Below, one piece after another: positions 1 to 10,713 of a stretch of DNA of 64,000 bases. The notes under the pieces are model-generated. The model saw only the letters and a program-made list of their open reading frames with translations. It did not search any database and had not been told where the DNA came from. A program made the translations under genes and the position numbers. Numbering within the stretch: the first letter of the stretch is position 1; each line of letters opens with the position of its first letter. The stretch covers positions 1,504,001 to 1,568,000 of the forward strand of contig CBDCXR010000004.1 of the NCBI GenBank assembly GCA_965223845.1. Reading direction: 5' to 3'. Origin of the DNA: Planctomycetota bacterium. Lineage in GTDB: Bacteria; Planctomycetota; UBA8108; SXIK01.

Positions 1-1146
1 GTTCCCGGCGGCTGCGTTGGGGGTCTTTCCGTCGAGTGCCTCAGTCGCGGCCAGGACGCTTTCCTGCGTCGCGACCCCCTCGGCGATGAGCTGCGGAATC
101 TCGAGCGGAAACGCGAGTGCGGCCTCCCGCAGCGCGCGGATCGCCGTCGTGTGACTCTCGGTCGCCCGCTTCGCGTCGAGCTTCCCGTAGTCGATCTCCG
201 CGCCTTTCATGGCGTCGATCGCTTTCGTGAGCGCCGCGGCGGCGCCGGCTAGACGCTGGCGCTCCTCCTCGGCGGGCGGCGGCTGGTCGTCCGTGCTCTC
301 CGGCTCCTTCGAGACGTGGTGGTGGAGAAGTTCGGCGAGGCGCCGATTCTCCGCCGTCGATTTGCGCAGTCGCCGGCAGGGAAGGCGACGCCGGCGCTGG
401 GGTTCCGACGCGAGACTACGGCTGAACATGCGGTGACCGCGTTCGGTCGCGATCAGTTTTCGAATGAGCTGCGCCGGCTCGTCGAGGAGTGCGTTTTCCT
501 CCGCTCGTCGTTTCTCCTCCTCGAGACGCGCGAGCTGATCGAGCGCGGAGCGAAGAGCCGTCTTCGCGACGACGATGTTCTTCGTCGCGGCGTCCGTCGG
601 AGGGGTGATGCGACGGAAGAACTCGAGGCTCGAGCGGTAGCTGCGCACCGACTCCGTGAGACGCTCGATCTTCTCGTCGATCGTCTCGAGTTCGCCGACC
701 GTTTGGACGACGGTGCGCGCCTTTTCGAAGTGGGCCCAGCCGAGATTGTAGAGACTCGACGCGCGAAGCTCGCCGGTGGCGCGCGCGGAGACATCCTCGA
801 AGCGTTCGATCGCCGTATCGAGAACGCCTTTTCGTATCCAGCTCACTCCGGCGTTGAATCGTCGGGTGAGTCGATCCTCTTCACTCGCCTCGTTCTCGTA
901 CGCTGCGATCGCGCGATCGAAGTCTTCGGTCTCAAACGCCGCGTTTCCCACGCGGAGGTCGCTCTCCGCCGCGATCGCAGACGGAGCGAGGACGAAGAGA
1001 CCGACGGCGCCTGCGATCACGCGCCACGCCCGAGTTTGCGTGCGCCGGAAGCGATTCACACAGGTAGAGTCGGCCGGATCCTCGGCGTTTCGGAGTGCTC
1101 TCATCGGTCTTGGGATTCTGTTTTCGGGCCGGGTTTCTACCCTCAC
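1..1146 (-). CDS. TPR/coiled-coil protein, BatC-like (3' end runs off the window edge)
   Basis: Absent from the ORF track because it is truncated. Translated by hand from GTG at 1146 (GTGA overlap with the upstream stop; alternative ATG at 1104); open to position 1. Hydrophobic signal-like stretch VIAGAVGLFVLAPSAIAA, then TPR-like GNAAFETEDFDRAIAAY, FNAGVSW and SLYNLGWAHF. Follows two vWA genes. Confidence 0.75.
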   Translation of the reverse strand, partial: MRVETRPENRIPRPMRALRNAEDPADSTCVNRFRRTQTRAWRVIAGAVGLFVLAPSAIAAESDLRVGNAAFETEDFDRAIAAYENEASEEDRLTRRFNAGVSWIRKGVLDTAIERFEDVSARATGELRASSLYNLGWAHFEKARTVVQTVGELETIDEKIERLTESVRSYRSSLEFFRRITPPTDAATKNIVVAKTALRSALDQLARLEEEKRRAEENALLDEPAQLIRKLIATERGHRMFSRSLASEPQRRRRLPCRRLRKSTAENRRLAELLHHHVSKEPESTDDQPPPAEEERQRLAGAAAALTKAIDAMKGAEIDYGKLDAKRATESHTTAIRALREAALAFPLEIPQLIAEGVATQESVLAATEALDGKTPNAAAGN

Positions 1147-2267
1147 TCTACCGTCTCGAGTGCGAGCTGTCCGCCCCGCGGGCGTTCGCGGACGAGAAGA
1201 TAGAGAGCGTAGAAGAAGAGTCCACCAAGCACGAACGGTTGATAGATCTCGGTCCAATAGATTTGGGTCTCGACGGTGTCGCGGCGGGAGTCTTTCGCGA
1301 TGGTTTGCTCGTAAAAGTCGGCGAGGTCGAAGTTCTGAGTTCCGACCGGGAGGAATGCTCCCCGCGGCGCCGTATTCGTCATCTCGAGCAGCGTTTTCGT
1401 GTCGAGACGCGTACGTACGATGTCACCGTCGCGATTCTTCAAGAATTCCACCTCACCGCTCGGGCCGGCGATGGGAATCGGCGAACCTCCCTCGGCGCCG
1501 AGCCCGACCGTGTAGATCCCGATGTTGAGGTGCGCGGCCCGTCGCGCGGCGTAGAGCGGCTCGGAGGCGTGATCCTCACCGTCGGTGATGAGAAGGATGT
1601 CGGCGTAGGTTTCCTTTCGTCCCTTGAGTTCCTCGTCGAGCACCGTTCGTCCGACCGCGCCGTCCTTGTCGTCTTCTTCGATGAGGGTTTCCCCTTCGAT
1701 GTGGAGGAGGTCGTCGAGCGCCTTTCGGATCGCGTCGCCGATGTGGGTGCCGCCTTCGGACGCGCTCGCGGTCGAGAGATTCCGAACCGTCGTCCGAAAG
1801 TACGAGAGGTTTCGTGTGAGCGGGCACACGATCTCGGCATTTCCCGCGAAGGCGATCAGCCCGACTCGATCACCGCGAAGGCGGTCGGCGAGGCGAAGCA
1901 GTTCCTCTTTGGCGCGCTCGAGGCGGCTCGGCTGGAGGTCCTGCGCGAGCATCGAGCGCGAGACGTCGATGAGAATCGCGATGTCGCGGGACGATCTCTT
2001 GATCGACTGCTTCTCGGGATTACAGCGGGGCTGCATCGCTGCCGTCGCAAAGAACGCGAGACTGACGGCGAGAAGAACGCCGCGAGCTCGCCTCCGGCCG
2101 CGAACCGACGCGAGCCAGCGGTCGGCGTTGCCGCCACCGATCCCAAACCGGCGGACCGTCCGCGCGCGACTCGCGATACCCCAGAGGACGAGAAGAAGCG
2201 CCGCCGGCGCGCTCCAGAGGAGGTGCACCCAGGGGTGGAGATGGGCGAACTCGAACTCTTCGATCAT
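1143..2267 (-). CDS. batB: vWA domain membrane protein, BatB-like
   Basis: N-terminal BatA-type membrane segment; MIDAS DVSRSM; PSRLERAK; DRVGLIAFAG; GTHIGDAI; ITDGEDH; C-terminal TM. Confidence 0.85.
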   Translation of the reverse strand: MIEEFEFAHLHPWVHLLWSAPAALLLVLWGIASRARTVRRFGIGGGNADRWLASVRGRRRARGVLLAVSLAFFATAAMQPRCNPEKQSIKRSSRDIAILIDVSRSMLAQDLQPSRLERAKEELLRLADRLRGDRVGLIAFAGNAEIVCPLTRNLSYFRTTVRNLSTASASEGGTHIGDAIRKALDDLLHIEGETLIEEDDKDGAVGRTVLDEELKGRKETYADILLITDGEDHASEPLYAARRAAHLNIGIYTVGLGAEGGSPIPIAGPSGEVEFLKNRDGDIVRTRLDTKTLLEMTNTAPRGAFLPVGTQNFDLADFYEQTIAKDSRRDTVETQIYWTEIYQPFVLGGLFFYALYLLVRERPRGGQLALETVE

Positions 2268-2308
2268 CGCAGTTCGGAAGAAATCGTCTTAGACATCGTT
2301 CTCGCCGG

Positions 2309-3469
2309 TCAGGGAGAGCGCCGGAGCAAAGTCTCTCCGAGGACGAGAGCAGCGATCGCGCAGCCTAGCGCGGGCAGAAGAAAGAACCGAAATTTCTCTT
2401 CGTAGCTCAGGAACTCGATCGTTCCGATCTCCGACTTTTCGAGGGTGTTGATCTCCTCGTAGACGCTGCGCAGCTCGTCGCCGCTGCCGGCGACGAATGC
2501 CCTTCCCTTCGTCAGCTGGGCGATCTCGCGCGGAACGGCCAGCACTTCGTCGCGATCGAGCTCCCGCTTGACCTGGCGGCCAGTGATCGTCGGGACGTAC
2601 TCCACTAGGTCGTGAAACACGATGTAGTAGATCCGGATGTCGTTTTCGGCGGCGTAGCGCGCGGCTTCGACGGGATCCATCCCCGCGTTGTTTTGTCCGT
2701 CGGTGAGGAGAATGATCACCTTGCCGTTGATTTCGTATCCCGTGGTCGAATCGTCCGCGTCCTCGGAATCTTCCGCAACGGCGGCGAGGTCTTCCTCGGC
2801 GGACACGAGCGAGAGCACGGCGCGGTAGATCGCATCGCCGATCGCGGTCCCGTCGAGCGGGTTCGCTTTGACGTGACTCCGCCTCGCTTGATGCTCGCGG
2901 AGCTGCTCGAGCGTGAGGGGCTGGTCGTAGCGATTGAGCGCCGGCGCGACCGTGCGCAGATTTGCCACCGCGGTGACGAGCGGCTCGTGTTGGGAAACGA
3001 GCGGACAGTTTTCCTCGGTGTAGCGAGCGAAGGTCGTCAGGCCGATGAGATCTGTCGTTCTGCCTTCGAGTCCCTCCCCGCCGGAAACGAACCGCGCGAA
3101 GACGTCCTTGAGGATCTCGATTCGAGGTCGTTCTCGACTGCGATGGCGCATCGGCTTCTGCATCGTAGAGGAACGATCGACGACCATCTGGATCGCAATC
3201 CCCTGGCTCTTGACCACCGTGTGCTCCTCGCCGAGACGCGGACGAGCCGCGGCGCCGAGGAAACCGATGATCGCGAGCGCCTGGAGGAGCGGAATCAAGA
3301 ACTGCGCTCGCTGGCGGAGCGTCGGCCGAAGTCCGCGCAGGCGCGCGACCGTGGGAAACACGATGGCGGGAGAAAATCGCTTTCTGCGCTGCCATGCGAC
3401 CAGGACCAGCGCCGGTAGGGCGAGCAGCAGGACCCAAGGATGATGAAACTCGAAGCCGTCAGGCCACAT
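2309..3469 (-). CDS. batA: vWA domain membrane protein, BatA-like
   Basis: FHHPWVLLLAL N-terminus; AARPR; MIDAS DRSSTM; GTAIGDAI; KVIILLTDGQNNAG; YEEINTLEKSEI; C-terminal TM. Confidence 0.88.
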   Translation of the reverse strand: MWPDGFEFHHPWVLLLALPALVLVAWQRRKRFSPAIVFPTVARLRGLRPTLRQRAQFLIPLLQALAIIGFLGAAARPRLGEEHTVVKSQGIAIQMVVDRSSTMQKPMRHRSRERPRIEILKDVFARFVSGGEGLEGRTTDLIGLTTFARYTEENCPLVSQHEPLVTAVANLRTVAPALNRYDQPLTLEQLREHQARRSHVKANPLDGTAIGDAIYRAVLSLVSAEEDLAAVAEDSEDADDSTTGYEINGKVIILLTDGQNNAGMDPVEAARYAAENDIRIYYIVFHDLVEYVPTITGRQVKRELDRDEVLAVPREIAQLTKGRAFVAGSGDELRSVYEEINTLEKSEIGTIEFLSYEEKFRFFLLPALGCAIAALVLGETLLRRSP

Positions 3470-4541
3470 CCGCTTCGTCCTTCGTCTCGGCGAGAAACTC
3501 TTTCACGCTGTTGAACGCGCCTTGGATGGCGACTTCGTCCGGCTCGAAGCGGGCGAACTTGACCCGGTCAGAGAGGGAGAGGAATTCGGCTAGGCGATCG
3601 CGCGCGTCGCGGAGCGATGGATGGCGCGTCGCTTCGACGAGAAACTCTTCGGTCGTGCGTTCGGGGGCGTGCACGGAGAATCGGCTCTCGATGAACTCGC
3701 GAAGGACGCTCGAGAGGTGGACGAAGAAGAGTTCGATCGCGCCCTTTTCGACGAGTCCGAGCTGGACGAGTCGCCGGAGCGCGTCGTATGCAACCTCGTG
3801 AGGGGAGGCCCGCTTCACTGCGGCGGGCGAGCGGCGTCGCCGGAAGACCGCGATGGCGGCGGCGAGCACGACGACGCCGGCTGCCACGGCCCAAATCCAT
3901 GTGCGCGATTCCGGTTCGGCGGGCGGCGCGGGATAGATGCTCCGGAGCGGCTCCAGGCGAAGCGCGCTCGGGTCCTCGGGAGTCTCGATGCGGATCGCGA
4001 TCGGCTCGGTGAGAAACGAGTTCTCTTCCGCCGCTTCTTCGCGATGGAAATAAATCGCAAACGGCGCGATTGCGAGCTCGCCGCTCTGCTCGGGCTCGAG
4101 CGTGAGGCGCTTTCGCTGTGGCGTCGCTCGAGGGGGAGAGCTCACCCCGGATTCGGTTTCGGACGCCCCGTCGATACCCATCGCCGGGGACGAAAGCGCC
4201 GGATAGGTGATGTCGATCACCGAAAAGCCTTCGAAGTCCTCGGGCAGGAACTCGGGGAACTCGACCACGTATCCCGGCTCGGCCCGGAGCTCTTGCTCGA
4301 GAACGAATTCATCGGCGAGCGTCCCTTCCACGCGGTCGACTCGTAGGACGAAGGAGACTGGACCCTGGGAAAACTCCTTTTCGTACGCCCACCGCGGATT
4401 CGCCGCGCCTTGCGATGGATCGGACTCGCTGCCGCTGCCGTCGCACGAAGTGGCGAAGAGCGCACCCGCGATCGCCGCGAAGCTGAGCGCCCGCGGGATG
4501 CTCGACGACGAAACGCAAGAGAGTCGAGTGCCGATCTCCAC
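3459..4541 (-). CDS. Bat-operon accessory protein (lipoprotein-like signal, beta-rich domain, TM, DUF4381-like helical C-terminus)
   Basis: Lipobox-like LFATSC; TM WIWAVAAGVVVLAAAIAVF; C-terminal LREFIESRF..ERTTEEFL..DRVKFAR, as in genes between DUF58 and batA. Confidence 0.65.
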   Translation of the reverse strand: MEIGTRLSCVSSSSIPRALSFAAIAGALFATSCDGSGSESDPSQGAANPRWAYEKEFSQGPVSFVLRVDRVEGTLADEFVLEQELRAEPGYVVEFPEFLPEDFEGFSVIDITYPALSSPAMGIDGASETESGVSSPPRATPQRKRLTLEPEQSGELAIAPFAIYFHREEAAEENSFLTEPIAIRIETPEDPSALRLEPLRSIYPAPPAEPESRTWIWAVAAGVVVLAAAIAVFRRRRSPAAVKRASPHEVAYDALRRLVQLGLVEKGAIELFFVHLSSVLREFIESRFSVHAPERTTEEFLVEATRHPSLRDARDRLAEFLSLSDRVKFARFEPDEVAIQGAFNSVKEFLAETKDEADVA

Positions 4542-4547
4542 GCCGCG

Positions 4548-5948
4548 CTACCTCGTTCGATCGTCGGGAGGCTGGATCGTCTTCGGCGCCGGTGCCGAGG
4601 AAGGCGCGCCACCCCCGGATGAGTTCGCCGGAGCGGGAGAGCCCTCCGCGGAAGCCGGGTTCTCGCTCTCTTCGGAGATCGTGACGAAGAACTTCTGACG
4701 GAGGTACTCTTCGAGCTCGCGGACGGCCTCACCTTGCTTCGCGCGGAGGAGGTCGACCTCGACTCGCCGGGCGGCGGCCTCGAATTCGAGCGGGCGCTCC
4801 GGGGTTTTTCGGTCGACGCGAAAGAGATACGCCGCACCACCGTGGACGAGCGGGCGATCGCTCGTCTCGCCTTCGGCGAGCGCGAAGAGGTGAGCGCTGA
4901 TCTCGCCGCTCTGTCCGATCCCGGGGACCGGCGCTCCGGCTGTCGCCGGCTCGGGCGAGGCTTGCCAATCGATCGAATCGCCGCCGACGGCCGCCGCAGC
5001 GGCGTCTTCCGAGGGAAAGCGAGCGAGTGAGAATTTCACGCTCGCGGGTTCGACGAAACGGTCGCGGTGCGCCTCGAAATGATTGAGTAGATCCGTCTCC
5101 CCGACGCTCGCTGCGACCCGCGCGAGCTCCTCAGCGACGACTTGGCTCGCGATGGCATCGCGGCGAAACTTCTCGACTCGCTCCGCGAGGGACCGATCCT
5201 GCTCGAAACCGCGCGCGAGTCCTTCGCGATAGAGGACTTCGCGCTGAATCAGTTGACCGAGGGCCGCGCGCGAGCGCTCGGGGTCGGCGAGGTGCCCATC
5301 GGCGATCTTGGCGGCCTCGGCATTCAACTGGGCGGGGGAGAGGCCGATCGCTTGAGCGCGCAATGCTTCGCGGGCGGCATCGAGGATCTCGGCGCGGAGG
5401 TCCTCGCGGGTGATCTCGTCGCCCCCGACGACCGCGATGCCCACTCCCCGCTCCTCGGATCCTGGGACGGCGAAGGTTTTCGCCACGTGCTCGCGCGCGG
5501 CCTCTTTGCCGAGCGCCGAGAGGCACTCGAGAAGATGTTGGCGAGCGCGCCGCTTGAGGTCCTTCGAAACGCCGAGATCCTGCACCTCGCTGAAACCGCG
5601 CGCCGCTGCGTCGTATTCGCCCGCGCGATGGAGGCACTTCGCACGCCGGTAGACGAGTTCGCCGAGGTCGGCCCCCGTCGGGCGACGCCGCGCGATGAGC
5701 TCCGCCCAGACGTCCGCCGCGCCGCGGTAGAGCGTTCGCTTCTCGAGCGTCGTGCCGAGACGCTCGAGTCGCTCGACGTCCGACGAGTCGGTAACTCCAG
5801 GTTCCGATCGCGAGTCCGCCGAGAAACGATCGAGCGCGAGCAACGCAACCGCGCTCAATGCACAAAGGAAGGTGAGCCACGCAACGATCGAGGCGCGGCG
5901 CTTCGGGGGTGGTGCCTCGGGGAGGCTGAGGTCGAGAGAGCTCTTCAT
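4548..5948 (-). CDS. membrane-anchored TPR + SurA/PrsA-like (PpiC-type rotamase) foldase
   Basis: Start moved to ATG 5948 (MKSSLDL). One TM; TPR-like YRRAKCLHRAGEYDAAARGF; SurA-N-like VGGDEITREDL and LIQREVLYREG; parvulin-like HFEAHRDRFVEP, LFALAEGETSDRP and RPLEFEAAARRV. Confidence 0.7.
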   Translation of the reverse strand: MKSSLDLSLPEAPPPKRRASIVAWLTFLCALSAVALLALDRFSADSRSEPGVTDSSDVERLERLGTTLEKRTLYRGAADVWAELIARRRPTGADLGELVYRRAKCLHRAGEYDAAARGFSEVQDLGVSKDLKRRARQHLLECLSALGKEAAREHVAKTFAVPGSEERGVGIAVVGGDEITREDLRAEILDAAREALRAQAIGLSPAQLNAEAAKIADGHLADPERSRAALGQLIQREVLYREGLARGFEQDRSLAERVEKFRRDAIASQVVAEELARVAASVGETDLLNHFEAHRDRFVEPASVKFSLARFPSEDAAAAAVGGDSIDWQASPEPATAGAPVPGIGQSGEISAHLFALAEGETSDRPLVHGGAAYLFRVDRKTPERPLEFEAAARRVEVDLLRAKQGEAVRELEEYLRQKFFVTISEESENPASAEGSPAPANSSGGGAPSSAPAPKTIQPPDDRTR

Positions 5949-5973
5949 CGGAATCGAAGCTCCAGGTGGTGGG

Positions 5974-6855
5974 TCACCGGAACATCTTTTTTTCGCGCAT
6001 GCGGAAGAAGTTCGACAGTTCCTGGACGTAGTCTTTGCCGGTCGTGATCTCCAGCTCGTCGATCTTGAGCGAGCGCAGGAGATCGTTTTGCGTCGAGCGG
6101 TCCGCGCGGGCGCGATCCTCGAACACATCGCGAATCCGCGCGCTTCGAGAGTCGACGACGACGATCTCCCCGGTCTCCGCGTCCTCGAAGGTCATGAGCC
6201 CGACATCCGGGAGGGTCGACTCGCGTGGATCGCTCGTCCGGACGGCGATCACGTCGTGCTTTCCTTTGACTGCCGCGAGCGCGCGCTCGAAGTTCTCTGC
6301 GATGAAGTCGGAAATGATAAACACGGTCGCACGGCGGCGCTGGACACGCGCTAGAAACCGAAGCGCCTCCTCGACATTTGTCCCGCGCGACTTCGGCTGA
6401 AAGGTGAGGAGCTCGCGGACGACGCGGAGGACGTGCCGGCGCCCTTTCTTCGGCGGGATGTACTTCTCGACTTCGTCGGTGAAGAAGATCGTGCCGACCT
6501 TGTCGCCGTTTCGAATCGCGGAGAAGGAGATCACCGCGCTGAACTCTGCGGCGAGCTCGACTTTGAGTTGAGATCCGCTCCCGAATCTCTCCGATGGGCT
6601 GACGTCGACCATGGTGATCACCGTCAACTCGCGTTCTTCGCGATACGTCTTGACGAACGGCTGACCCGCGCGCGCGGTGACGTTCCAGTCGATCGTCCGC
6701 ACTTCGTCACCCGGTTGATACTCTCGTACTTCTTCGAACTCCATTCCGCGGCCGCGGAACGCGGAGTTGTACTCGCCGCCGAGAACGCTGTCGACGACGC
6801 GGTTCGTCCGGATCTCGATCTGGCGAACCTTCTGGAGGATTTCGCGCGGGATCAT
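5974..6855 (-). CDS. DUF58 domain protein (MoxR partner)
   Basis: GRGMEFEEVREYQPGDEVRTIDWNVTAR; KTYREERE; FIISDF. Confidence 0.93.
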   Translation of the reverse strand: MIPREILQKVRQIEIRTNRVVDSVLGGEYNSAFRGRGMEFEEVREYQPGDEVRTIDWNVTARAGQPFVKTYREERELTVITMVDVSPSERFGSGSQLKVELAAEFSAVISFSAIRNGDKVGTIFFTDEVEKYIPPKKGRRHVLRVVRELLTFQPKSRGTNVEEALRFLARVQRRRATVFIISDFIAENFERALAAVKGKHDVIAVRTSDPRESTLPDVGLMTFEDAETGEIVVVDSRSARIRDVFEDRARADRSTQNDLLRSLKIDELEITTGKDYVQELSNFFRMREKKMFR

Positions 6856-7847
6856 GGCACGCGGACGCCGTCGAGGATCTTCGCGACGACGTCGTCGGTG
6901 GTGAGCTCCTCGGCTTCGGCTTCGTACGTGAGGACGAGTCGATGGCGCAAGATGTTGAGCGCGACGTCCTTGATGTCCTGCGGAGTGACGTACGGCCGTC
7001 CTTCGATGAAGGCGTTGCTCTTCGCCGCGATCACGAGGGCGAGCGTCGCACGAGGAGAGGCGCCGTAGTCGATCAAGTTATCGAGATCGTCGAGACCGTT
7101 ATCGCTCGGATAGCGCGTCGCCTGCACGATCGCGACGATGTAGTCCTTGATCTTGTCGTCGACGTAGATTTCGTCGACCGTCTGCCGAACGCGGAGGAGC
7201 TCTTCGGGCGTGATCACCGGCTCGATCGGCGTCTCCTGCCAGCGATTCGAGCCCATGCGATCGAGGATCTGCCGCTCATCCTCCTTGCTCGGATACGACA
7301 CCTTGACCTTGAAGAGGAACCGGTCGACCTGCGCCTCGGGGAGAGGATAGGTGCCCTCCTGCTCGATCGGATTTTGGGTCGCGAGGACAAGGAAGAGCTC
7401 GGGGAGCGGAAACGTCGACTCGCCGATCGTGACTTGGTGCTCCTGCATCGCCTCGAGGAGCGCGCTCTGCACCTTCGCCGGCGAACGGTTGATCTCGTCG
7501 GCGAGGATGATATTCGCGAAGACCGGACCCTTCCGGGTCGTGAACTCGCCGGACGCTGGGTTGTAGATCATCGTTCCGACGAGGTCCGCCGGCAGGAGGT
7601 CCGGGGTAAACTGGATGCGCCGAAACTCCGCGTCGATCGATGCCGCGAGGGAGCTCACCGAGAGCGTCTTGGCGAGGCCGGGAACTCCCTCGAGGAGCAC
7701 GTGGCCACCGGAGAGGAGACCGTTGACGAGTGCCCGCACAAGCCCCTGCTGGCCGACGATCCGCTGTCCGATCTGGCCGAACAACTTCTCGACGAAGGCG
7801 CTCTCGGCTTCCACCCGCGCTCCGATCTGCTTCACATCCACTGACAT
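6852..7847 (-). CDS. moxR: MoxR family AAA+ ATPase
   Basis: Start moved to ATG 7847 (AAGGAG upstream). Walker A GVPGLAKT; RIQFTPDLLPAD; Walker B LADEINR; ATQNPIEQEGTYPLPEAQVDRF; GASPRA. Confidence 0.95.
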   Translation of the reverse strand: MSVDVKQIGARVEAESAFVEKLFGQIGQRIVGQQGLVRALVNGLLSGGHVLLEGVPGLAKTLSVSSLAASIDAEFRRIQFTPDLLPADLVGTMIYNPASGEFTTRKGPVFANIILADEINRSPAKVQSALLEAMQEHQVTIGESTFPLPELFLVLATQNPIEQEGTYPLPEAQVDRFLFKVKVSYPSKEDERQILDRMGSNRWQETPIEPVITPEELLRVRQTVDEIYVDDKIKDYIVAIVQATRYPSDNGLDDLDNLIDYGASPRATLALVIAAKSNAFIEGRPYVTPQDIKDVALNILRHRLVLTYEAEAEELTTDDVVAKILDGVRVP

Positions 7848-8193
7848 TCGCGACTCCTTGTCCTCTCGGCCCCGGCGAACCTCGAGCATCCCAGTTCCTG
7901 GCGAGCCTCCCAGCCGGGGGTCAGGGGATGGAGATGCACGGGGACGGCACGATTCGCAGGCTTTCTTCGGACGGACCCGCCGGACGGGGGGATCGGTCGA
8001 GGTCCCGATCCGAAGGCAGAGACTCCGGCCCCTCCGGAACCGCGCGATCGGCTCTCGGGGCTCGGCGCCGCGGAGGCGAGGACGCCTCGGTGATGCCATC
8101 GCGGTGGCCGCCGCGGCGAGGACGCGGCGCGAAAGCCGACGCGAGACGGCGGATTCGTGGGCTTCGAATCAGCGCGACGCGCTCGTGGGGAGC

Positions 8194-8637
8194 CTAGTAA
8201 TCGTACGTGAGCTCGTACACGTCCTGCGGATTCTCGATCGAGAGCAGCCGCTCCCGGTTGTCCTTGAGGAACGCCGTCACTCGCGAGAGGACTTTCAAGT
8301 ACTCCTCTTGGCGAGAATCGGGTCCGAGGATCATGACGAGGACGTGCACCGGCTTGTCGTCGAGCGAATCGAAGGCGACGCCGGCAGAGTGGATGCCGAG
8401 CGAGACAACGAATTCCTGGATCGAGGGCAGCTTGGCGTGCGGAATCGCAAGGCCGAGTCCGAAGCCCGTCGAGAGGAGCTTCTCCCGCTCGAGGATGGCG
8501 TGGAACACGTCCTCGGCGAGTCCGATCGACGCGGTCTCAGCCAGTCTGTCGACCATGCGACGAAGACACTCCGACTTCGTCTCCGCTTCGAGCCAGAGAA
8601 TACGGTCGGGAGTGAGGAGGCGGGAGAGTGACTTCAT
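8194..8637 (-). CDS. stand-alone PTS EIIA (Fru/Ntr family, PtsN-like)
   Basis: Start taken as ATG 8637. EREKLLSTGFGLGLAIPHAK has the intact phospho-acceptor His; FDSLDDKPVH. Confidence 0.88.
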   Translation of the reverse strand: MKSLSRLLTPDRILWLEAETKSECLRRMVDRLAETASIGLAEDVFHAILEREKLLSTGFGLGLAIPHAKLPSIQEFVVSLGIHSAGVAFDSLDDKPVHVLVMILGPDSRQEEYLKVLSRVTAFLKDNRERLLSIENPQDVYELTYDY

Positions 8638-8726
8638 CGCGGGGTATTCCCGGGAATCTGCGGGCGAGAGTGACAACGGGGACACGCCGAGAGCGAGAAC
8701 GAACGGCGCTCAGCACGCGCAGAGAC

Positions 8727-9809
8727 TCACTGCCCGACCAGGCGGGCGTACAGACTAAGAGCTTGGTTTGGATCCGTCAAGCCGTCGAAGATCGCGCGTC
8801 CATCGCGGAAGATCGTGAGTACGAATTCGCTCGTGCGAAAGCGGCTGAAGGGCGGAGTGGAGACGACGGTGCCGAGCGACTTGAGCCGTTCGACGACGTC
8901 GTCGTACGGAAACTCGACGTACCGATCCGCTGCAGGCAAGACCTGCACGGCGCGCCGGCCGCAGAGCGGCGTCACGCGCGCCGACGCGTCGCCGCGGAGA
9001 AATTCGAATTCGCGCTTCACGCACACAGAGCAGTCCGCAGCGGGCGCGACGCCGACGACCCGTGCGGAGACGTTCCACGGCGAGAGGATCGCTTGCTTCC
9101 ACGCGAGATCGCGCGTGGAGCCCGTCGCGAGAAAGCGGAGGGCGAGGGTGGCTTGCCAGCTCGCCGCCACCGCAGCGACCGGACCGAGTATCCCCGCCGT
9201 GTCGCAGGTCGGGAGCGCCCCCGGCGGTGGAAGCTCCGGTAAGATGCACCGGAGGCACGGACCGGCGTCGCCGCTGAAGAGTTGAACGCGGGCATCGCCG
9301 CCGACGGCGCCCGCGTAGATCCACGGAATCGCGTGCGCGTAGCTGAGATCATTGATCAGGAAACGCGTCGCTAGGTTGTCGGTCCCGTCGACGATCAAGT
9401 CGGAGCCGCGAACGACTCCGGCCGCGGTCGAGAAATTGAAATCGATCGCGTGGGGCTCGATCCTTACGTCCGAATCGACCCGCGCCAGGTGCTCGGCGAG
9501 GGCGTGGCTCTTGGCTCGGTGCTCTCTCGCGTCCCGCTCGGTGTAGCCGACTTGTCGGTGCAGATTCGACCACTCGACGACGTCGCGATCGACGAGGCGC
9601 ACCGAGCCGATGCCAGCGCGGACAAGCAGCTCGGCGGAGTTCGTCCCGAGCGCGCCGCAGCCGACGATGGTGACCGTCGCGCGTCGAAGTCGACCCTGGG
9701 CGTCCGGGCCGTCCGGGAGGAACAATTCCTGGCGGTGATGGCGTCCGTCGCGGGCGCTCGGGGAAGCGCTCTCGTTCGCGGCGGGGTCGTCCCGTGGAGT
9801 TCCGGTCAT
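8727..9809 (-). CDS. ThiF/MoeB family adenylyltransferase (E1-like)
   Basis: GCGALG; DRDVVEWSNLHRQ; DGTDN; Zn pairs CLRC and CSVC; TCDTAG; C-terminal LCGRRAVQV extension. Confidence 0.9.
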   Translation of the reverse strand: MTGTPRDDPAANESASPSARDGRHHRQELFLPDGPDAQGRLRRATVTIVGCGALGTNSAELLVRAGIGSVRLVDRDVVEWSNLHRQVGYTERDAREHRAKSHALAEHLARVDSDVRIEPHAIDFNFSTAAGVVRGSDLIVDGTDNLATRFLINDLSYAHAIPWIYAGAVGGDARVQLFSGDAGPCLRCILPELPPPGALPTCDTAGILGPVAAVAASWQATLALRFLATGSTRDLAWKQAILSPWNVSARVVGVAPAADCSVCVKREFEFLRGDASARVTPLCGRRAVQVLPAADRYVEFPYDDVVERLKSLGTVVSTPPFSRFRTSEFVLTIFRDGRAIFDGLTDPNQALSLYARLVGQ

Positions 9810-9966
9810 CGCAATGAAGAAGCGGATATGCGAAAAAGGAAAAGTGTATCGGGTCGAGAGGATACCTCGAAGCGGTACGATCGTCCTTCGCTTCGCCCCG
9901 GCGATCCTCGCGGCGGGTCGGGAGCGCGTCCCGGACTAGCCCGGGAATCGGAGAGGAGACGGGAGA

Positions 9967-10713
<747 letters not shown>

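Noticed and set aside
316-2405. Long plus-strand ORFs opposite the bat genes, and similar antisense ORFs across the window (e.g. 30246-31901, 31921-33843, 56117-57934, 58121-60103)
   Set aside because: Shadow frames of well-supported genes. High GC and codon bias suppress stops, and the translations are Arg-rich with no motifs.
8727-9809. E1-like ThiF upstream of an AAA+/vWA operon as a possible ubiquitin-like system
   Set aside because: No ubiquitin-like (C-terminal GG), E2 or JAB gene seen; the protein looks like an ordinary MoeB/ThiF family member.
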